Shown here one piece after another: positions 56,701 to 64,000 of a DNA stretch of 64,000 nt. The DNA is from Paramoeba atlantica (lineage: Eukaryota > Protista > Discosea): the NCBI GenBank assembly GCA_977017575.1, contig CDRNVI010000025.1:62001-126000 (forward strand), in the 5' to 3' direction. How positions within the stretch are numbered: the first letter of the stretch is position 1; every line of letters starts with the position of its first letter. The notes under the pieces are model-generated. The model was not told where the DNA came from. It saw nothing but the letters and a program-made list of their open reading frames with translations, and made no database searches. The position numbers and the translations under genes are program-made.

Positions 56701-59307
56701 TATAAAACTTTTTTTCAAATTTGTATACCTTTTTTCATCCCCCCCTGAACTCCCCGCCCAGCTATCCCCGTATACCGCGGCGGTACCAGTCTTGTACCGC
56801 CGCCTCCACGATCTGGGCATTGCCCTTCTGAATGGCCACTCCCAAGGCCATCAGGAGGTGCGAAAGACATCCGTTTTTGTCGGACGTGTGGGCCCGGGCC
56901 ACCTTGTTAAGGAAGTTCAAGGTCTCTGGTCCCGGTATCCCGTATGTGGTGAAGGCTAGGGAGTAAAAGTCCATACCCCTAACGGACGCCACCTCTTCAT
57001 GAGTGCGCCGTTTTTTGGCCTCCGCCATCCTCAAAGTATGGGACGGCTCCGCGGCCTCCTTCTCCACATAGGACGGGGCCAGTGGGTTTACGATGGTGAC
57101 ATCTACCAGGGCGAGCCTCCGTCCCAGTTGGAAGCAGATGTCCGGCCCCCTGCGATTGTCGAACCTCGGTTCGCACAGATCGGGTTTGAACCCGTAGTGC
57201 ACCAAGAGGTTTCTGAAGGCCTCTTTGACCTCTTTGTGACGGGAGGCCTGTGTTTTACCCTTGACCTTCTTGCAGTCCAGTGTACGCAGAACTCCTTGTT
57301 GCGGAGGGTTGCACCGCACACGCACTGGAGCTCAGGTTCCGAGGTCGGGGCGAATAAGTACCGGAGGCGGGCCGCAGTTTCCCACTGCGGATCCCGCATG
57401 TAGTACTCCGGCCTATTGGGCCACGCGTTCATCCACTTAGTGGAGTTCTGGATCTGCCGCATGCAGACCAGTTGCGTGGTGGATGGGGCTTTCCCTAGGG
57501 CCGCCTCGCACAGATTGCGGCGCAGCTCCTTGGCTGACATGCCTGGGGGTAAGCCTTGCAGGGCGTTCTTAGCCTTGGCTTGCATCTGCTCGGCCTTGTG
57601 CTCGAAGGGGATGGTCCCCAGGAAATCTGCCGTGAAAAGATTATTTGAGAACGGCGTCTTCCCCAAGGGGCCCATCCCTCCGAGCAAGGCCTCGGCGCAT
57701 GCGAGGACGGCCTTATCGACCTGTGCATTGGCCACCTTGGTGACCGTAGGCTCGTGTGTCCGTACGATGTAGTTCCATCGTGGGCTCCCACAGAGCCGTA
57801 GGAGAGGCAGAGTACATTGCCTGTTGAGATTTTCCAATTTCTCAAGGAAGGACATTACTTTGGGGGTCTTAGATAGGACCCATTCTGCCTCCCTGTCCTC
57901 CGACTCCCCAATGAAAGCCCCCAGAAGTTTGACTCCCCCCGGGGAGTGAATCATTCTGGTCCCGGAGAACTCAGAGAAGAGGTTGCGCTGCCTCGTGGCC
58001 ACTTTGCATTTGGCCGCGTTTAGGCGCAACCCGAGATGCTGGAGTTTTCCCTTTAGAGCCTCCAGGGCCTCCCCGCATGTTTTGGGCTCACCCGCGAAGG
58101 TGACGTCGTCTAGGTAGGCCCACACTTGGAGTGAGCCTGTGAACTTGGCTGCCACCCTGGCAATCGCCCCTTGAATCCCGATGGCGAAGAGGATTGGGGC
58201 CATAGGGTCTCCTTGCTTCACCCCCCTAGAGCTCATAATGGAGGTGCCTTCCCCCCAAGTGTAGGGTACTCGGCCTCCCGTAACTAAAGAGGGTGATGCC
58301 CTCAATGGGAAGTAGCTTCGGGTCCCCCCTTATGGCCCTGAATATGGCCGACCTCGAGATGCTGTTGAACGCGTTCTCGAGGTCTGCCGCCACTACGACC
58401 TCCTTGGGCCTGTCCCTGAAGTGTTGTCGCACATTGTAGATAATGTGCTCGCACCCTTGGGTGTATTGGGCTCCGAACTGGAGCCCTTGAAAGTATGTGG
58501 GGAGATGTTCGCGGACTCTTTCCAAGGCGAGCAGTCCTGCTACCTTAAGAAAGCACTCCCCCATGGCTATGGGTCTATATGAGAAGTGGTGTCCGGCCGG
58601 GGCGTCCGGTTTAATAAATAGTTTCAGGGCCGCCCCTGTTAGTAGCTCCCTCATAGAGGGGGGGAGGGAGTTAGTCACTATGCCCTGGATTATCCACGTA
58701 ACACAATCCCGGGGTCCCTCCTCCAAGTGGACTGGGATCAGAAGCTCCTTGGTCCATCCTGTGGGACCAGGGGCACGGAGAGGTGCCAGACTTTGGTCCT
58801 TCCTGGCCACGTCCGCTGGGGAAGGTAGAGGGCCGTGACGGTCTTTATTGTATTGGAATAGCCCCGCAGTGTAGGGCCCTCCCGTGGGGTGGAGTCGCTT
58901 CGCCTGTTCTAGAGAGGCCTGGGGGTTGGCAGGGGTTTAAGAGGTTCCTCGAGGGTTTTAGCAGCTCTCGAGAAGCATCCTGCCCTGGAAAGCTCCTCCA
59001 CCCGTTTTTTGACCGACATGGGGGAGCCGTTGGCGGGGTTGGGAGTCGGCGCCGAGGTTTCAGACCCCTCGAGGTGTGCTCGCATTCGTAGTTCGCGTGC
59101 GAGTTGCCGTTGAGTTAGTTTGTCCTCGGGGTAGAAGAGGAAGCGCTTGACCGCGAGTAGGAGGTTCCACGCTACTTCGGTTTTACCCTCGACTGTCTTG
59201 TCTAGGAAGCCGTGGCAGACGTTGGCTACGTACTCCCTCCAGGCTGGGGTTTGGATGGCGTAAAGTTTACGCAGGGTCCCCCTCGCCAGTAACTCTGCCA
59301 GATGTTC
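50524..59307. repeat. Near-perfect 4392-bp tandem duplication
   Basis: Identical ORF sets offset by 4392 (e.g. 52370/56762); junction at ~54915; only a few differences seen. Confidence 0.95.
52370..54915 (-). mobile_element. 5'-truncated copy of the CRE-like non-LTR retrotransposon, made by the duplication
   Basis: RT and RLE ORFs identical to 56762-59307; breaks into the microsatellite at 54915. Confidence 0.9.
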
Positions 59308-60058
59308 AGGGGACGGGGCTTGTCCTCTCTCCTCGGTTTGAGCGACTTGGGTTTGAGGGGTCAAGGTCCGTTTGGGTCCTGATCTGAGGGCTGACTCCCC
59401 GTCCTTCGTCGTAGTTTCCGGGGTGCTGGGGCCCTTAGCTGCCGATGCAATGCGTTCCATCATCGTCCCGCAAGAGTGCGGTTTGGACCCCCCATTACAA
59501 TGGGATTTTGGATACGGGTCCGCTCTGAGGCTGCCAGCCTCGGCGCTAGTCTCGCGGGCTATCTGCTCGCCCCCCCCTGGGTAGGGGATATAGGTTTAGG
59601 GCCCGGTTGGTTACTAGGGAGCTTGGTAGGCCCCCCTCAGACGGGGCTGTTGATTTCGGGATCACGCTGGGGCTGCCCGCCTCGGGGATCGGTTTCCGAG
59701 ATAGCGTTTCCGTTAGGAGGCTACCGTCCCTGGCTGCTGCTGCCATGTTGACAAGGAAGTCCTGGCTTTCTTGGGGTTTGTGGCTCCCCGGGCTCCGAGT
59801 CTCAGCGTCGGTGACCACGAGTGGGCTGGGTGGGCCTTTTCTAGTTCTGGGGCCCGGATTCGATTTTATGCACCCACGAAGAAGATTGCATTGCACTATG
59901 TGTTTAGACCATCCTGTCTCGCTGATCAGGGTCTCGGTCGGCAAGAAGGTCCACAAGGCTTCGTCCTCGTATTTCGTGGGCTTCCAGGCGCCCACGAGGC
60001 GTTCGGGGATACCCAGGCTGTGATTTAGGAAGGTGGGGATGGCGTTCACGTCGCCCAT
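56762..60058 (-). mobile_element. CRE/SLACS-clade non-LTR retrotransposon (RT + CCHC + restriction-like endonuclease), frameshifted
   Basis: APGPTGW, YRPIAMGE, ADLENAFNS, GVKQGDP, AYLDDV, CVCG...H..DC and RGPDI...VDVTIVNP motifs across five ORF pieces. Confidence 0.9.
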
Positions 60059-60367
60059 GTCGGGTGCGAAGATGCACCTGTGAAAAGAAGCCTTTCCTTT
60101 CCTTTTTCATCAAATCGGTCGAAAGCGGCATTCCGAAAGTATGGGGAATGCTGATGCTTTCACCATCGTCGGTAAAAGTAGGGGAAGTAGAAAATTGAAG
60201 GAAGTAGGGGAAAAAAATTTGCGCCGCTTCGCGGCGAATATTTTACTCTTCTACGATCTGCTATTATTGTTTTTGTGTAAGCCTAGGCCTAACGGACATA
60301 CTATCATGCAAAACGTAGGCTTGTGTTTACAGAAACAGTATCATTATCGTTTCGTGGGAAGTTCGCC

Positions 60368-60600
60368 AATAATTATTCATGATATTTTGGCAATTTTTCT
60401 TTTTTAGTCGCTTCGTTAAACACGGAGGTAGTTTTCAACGCGAAGCGCGCAGCATGAGTGACTTCTAAGTTGAAAACAACCACCGCGTTTAACGAAGCGA
60501 CTAAAAAAGAAAAATTGCCAAAATATCATGAATAATTATTGCGGTTGTTGTATAACCACCGCTCTACCCTCGATTATTGAAAAAAAAGTGGACAAAGACA
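60368..60600. repeat. ~170-bp palindrome joined directly to the head of the 3246-3888 family
   Basis: Arms ATAATTATTCATGATATTTTGGC... / ...GCCAAAATATCATGAATAATTAT, then GCGGTTGTTGTATAACCACCGCTCTACCCTCGATTATTG. Confidence 0.8.
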
Positions 60601-60780
60601 ATGAAAATCTAAAGAACAAAGTAATAAACCCCTCCCCCCCAATGAAAAGTGACCGACCCCCTTTTTTTTCGTAGTGTTCGTTTGAGCTGATTTTTGTTGC
60701 ATTTTGCAGATCTCAACACAAAGACTTTGCGCGAGAAGGAATGAAACTAAAAGAAGCGATAAGTTTAATTTAGAGAGAGA

Positions 60781-61200
60781 TTACCATTTTTTCATTTTTT
60801 CGCCGTTCAATTTTATACACTGTTTAAGGCGAGAGTCAAAGCTTAAGACCGTTTTGTCGATCACTTTTTGAGGCAAAGAAGACCATGCTTCACGTACACA
60901 TCGGATAAGTGAAGGTTTGTCCGATGGAGTTTGTTCGTCCACTGCCTCTTGAACCATAGACCAGACGTTTTCTATGGGGGAAAGGTCTGGTGAATTGGGG
61001 GGCCAATTTTTCAATACATCTTTCATTCTACTTGTAATGTAGTCCTTAGAGGCATGGGCGGTGTGTGCCGTGGCCCCATCTTGTTGAAAAATACAATTCA
61101 TGGGGAATGTTACCTTTTTGAGCGTCTCTATGTAGGAAATACTCGTGATAGACGAGTCAGAATCCAGAATAACCAAGTGTCTCCACCCTACTCCTATGGC
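60781..61200 (-). pseudogene. Tc1/mariner-type transposase, C-terminal half
   Basis: AIGVGWRHLV, IFQQDGATAH and WPPNSPDLSPIENVW; 35 residues between D2 and E. Confidence 0.85.
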
Positions 61201-61321
61201 AACACTGTTTTTTCGGTCGGACAGCACCACAAACGGACGCGGGATTGTATGAACCATGTTAAGAAAGAAACAATGGATTAAGAAAAAAAAATTATATAAG
61301 GAGAAGAAAAAAGGAGTACCT

Positions 61322-63078
61322 GGATAATCGATATTGACGGAACAACATAACGCGTTTCTTTAGTAAAGAGATAAACTTTTTACCTTTACTGCTTTACAAC
61401 TTACGGCTATACAACTTACTGCTTTCATGTATAGTACCGTCTCTTTATAGTAAAATTTGGCCTTCCAAGCTCTTTGGGGAGAACCATTTCAAGCACTTTC
61501 GTGGCCGTTTGTTCAGTTTGTTGGCCGTCTTACTAACTTCGCGCTGTGTCAACTCCTCAAAAGTATCTGACTTGGTGTGATACTGACGGACCAGACCATT
61601 CATGTTTTCAACGGCCCCCTTTTCCCATGAATGGTAAGGATGACAAAAGTAAGATTTGCATCCTAACTTCTTGTTGATGGCTTCATGATTGGTGTTTTCA
61701 GTTCCATTGTCATACGTTATGGTATGCACTTTGTATTTCTTTAAGGCTTTCAGCACCTGTGTTTCAACTTCTTTTGACTGCATGTAAATTCAAAATCAAT
61801 ATTGAAATCAAAATGATGCGCTGGACAATTCTTATCGTAAACTCTTAATCTTTATTTCCAACTTTCGGTAGCTACTGCAACACGTATGAACTACGGTTAA
61901 ATTTTTTTTTTTTTAGAGAAATAATATTTGATATAATCCGATCAAACTAGAAAATTCAACAATAACTAGATATATCACGCAGAACGAGTAGACGTTTTAT
62001 TGAATAGCACATTTTGAATATCAATTTTCAACCTAGAATAACAATCCTTCTAGGAAAAACGAGCAAACAAGTAAGCAAAGTAAGATGAATCATTGATGTT
62101 TTCAGGTTTCGAATAGACCAGCATATTTTTCTAGGGTAAGCAGCATAAGCTTCTAAGATATAGCGATGCTCAACAGCAACAGCCTCTCGTGAAACATCAA
62201 CATCATACCAAGAATGATTGAGAAATTTATTTTTGGAGTTCTTTTACTGCTTCATACCACCTACCCAATTCGCATCCGGAATGTAGTCTCGAAGCTGGGA
62301 CACCACCGTATACGCTGAAAACTTCTCAATCTCAAGCTGAAAGGCATCACGTTGACTGCTTGGATTGAAATACACGAAGGACAACAAACCTACTCTTTCG
62401 TTCACAAAGGGTCAGGATGAAATACCCACTTTTCTTTGCTCCCTCAATTAAATCGGCCTCCCAATCACCATACCGACGTCGTGTGTTTACTATTTGGGGA
62501 CGATGATCGATAGAAACCCGGTTTGGAATGGTACTTCGACCATGAATGCGTCGAACATAAGGCCGCCTTCCGCGGATCCGTAGGCACTTATGAATCTTCC
62601 CTCCATTATCTCGACGAACAAATCGATAGATCGTGGAAGTGGATGGTGAACCTTGTGAGCCGACAACAAGTGTATTAGCAACCTGCTCCGGGCTGTGAAG
62701 CTTTCGGAGACGGGTCTTTACACTTTTTTCAAGACTGGATCGAATTAGACGTGGTCTGGTTCCTTTATTAACCAGTCGTCTCTTGGCAACACGATGGGCA
62801 CGGCTGGAACGGTATTGCCCACCTCTTTTCCTGTTGCGTGCCAGCTCACGACATACCGTACTTGGGGACTTATCAATTGATCGGGAAATTTCCCTCTTCG
62901 TGGCGCCACTTTCAAACATCGTTTGAATATCTTTGCGATTGTTTTCAGATAATCTTCTGTACTTTGGCATGAATGAACTGAATTATGTAGAAATTAGTAT
63001 ATGAAGTGTATTATGTAGAAATTAACCTTTTGTTGCGCTGAGTATGACAAATTGTTGCACTGACATTGACAATCCACA
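61322..63078 (-). mobile_element. IS30-family insertion sequence with split 315-aa transposase
   Basis: HTH N-terminus (SPSTVCRELARN), WEADLIEG, ITYDNG, EKGAVEN and RPRKCL motifs. 26-bp IS30-like terminal repeat at 63053-63078; the other end (~61322-61347) is only a weak candidate. Confidence 0.9.
61782..62351. mobile_element. 570-bp unclassified insertion flanked by an 8-bp direct repeat
   Basis: TTGACTGC at 61774-61781 and 62352-62359; removing it restores the IS30 reading frame. Confidence 0.75.
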
Positions 63079-63215
63079 ACATCTTGGCGCCCAGCGTACT
63101 TTATGACGCGGGGCTGCTTTTTGACCGGGTGCTACCCACACATTCGCGGGATAGCTTCCTTTTTGACACACCCTGACCGTCCCTCATCCTTAACAAAAGC
63201 TTTCCGCTATTCGTA
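63079..63215 (-). pseudogene. Probable upstream piece of the same Tc1-like transposase
   Basis: AFVKDE, a frameshift, then NVWVAPGQKAAPRHKVRWAPRC, the segment expected just before (VWG)AIGVGW. Confidence 0.5.
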
Positions 63216-63275
63216 AGCCCCTCTTTCGGTAGCCGAAAAGGAGACTTCGGCATTTTTCCGAAAAAATGAAGTTTT

Positions 63276-63790
63276 TCAAAAAAAGAAATCAGTTTTTTTA
63301 AAGATTTTTAAAAGAGCTAAAAATAGCGGGAACGTGCAGATCTCAAAATTTTGAACGATAATGTGGTGCCGTAACCCCCCTACGCCCCCCTGTGCGAAAA
63401 ATAAGGGTGGGTCACTTATTCGTTGGGGGGGGGGGGTTATGATAGAAGAAAAAAAAATAAAAAGGATGCTCCGGTGGCCCAAAACAGAAAAAGAATTAAA
63501 AAAATGGGGGGTCCATGGGGGGTCCAGGGGAGGGTTCCAGGGGGGGGCATGGTCGAGCAAATTTTTTTGAAAAAAATATTTTTCGAAATAAATCCGCAGA
63601 AGGGGTAGCCGGGGTCTTAGCGAGCATTTTCCACCCCCCTACCCGGGGGTGACCCCCCCGCGTATATGCAGGATGGGTCCGCCTAGTTCGGATTTTTTGG
63701 AAAAAAAAATATTTTAAAAAAATTCAACTTGGCGAAAAAAAATGGCAAAAAAAATATTTTTCCAAAATCGATTCCCATAATGTGTTTGTA
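63276..63790. repeat. Dispersed repeat homologous to the interior of 3246-3888
   Basis: ~63440-63790 aligns with ~3360-3660, and ~63320-63385 with 14365-14430 (inverted). Pieces also at ~52100-52190 and ~56490-56580. Confidence 0.75.
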
Positions 63791-64000
63791 AAAATTAATG
63801 AGAGGGGTTAGAAAAAAGTCATGCTTGGTGGTCGTGCGCCGTGGAAAAATCGCTTGATCAGCGATAAGATGTGGCAAAAAGTGAAACTCAAGGCCCTTGT
63901 GCGAAGTGGGGGATGGTTCAGGAAAAAGTGCTCTATTAATGTTCACAAGGGCAGGAATCAGAGCAAAAGTATAAATTTTTGCAAAAAAGCGCCAAAAAGT

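Noticed and set aside
61782-62351. Insert in the IS30 ORF as a spliceosomal intron
   Set aside because: The only GT...AG placement within the direct repeat loses one base and breaks the frame.

Overview
Eukaryotic nuclear DNA, not prokaryotic. All 17 recognisable or likely cellular genes are intronless and lie on the minus strand, as in a kinetoplastid polycistronic cluster. They include PEX22-like, sideroflexin, V-ATPase F, RPN11, a GT11 fucosyltransferase, mitochondrial uL23, CIA2, RRP9-like, eIF2-gamma and four LRR paralogues. The LRR family and element content suggest a Perkinsela-like kinetoplastid; this is inference, with no database search run. Intergenic space is full of mobile DNA: a Merlin transposase split by a TA-flanked MITE, a hAT-like transposase, a near-intact VIPER-like gag-YR-RT/RNaseH retrotransposon, a CRE/SLACS-like non-LTR element (partly tandem-duplicated, with a 2A-like motif), a split Tc1-like transposase and many foldback/MITE families. 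The most striking signal is a bacterial-type IS30-family element. It keeps a 26-bp IS30-like terminal repeat, its 315-aa DDE ORF can be restored by removing one insertion, it appears nested in a Tc1-like element, and two further diverged remnants lie elsewhere in the window. This suggests IS30 proliferated in this eukaryotic genome. All calls are from motif recognition by eye, and repeat coordinates may be off by a few bases.
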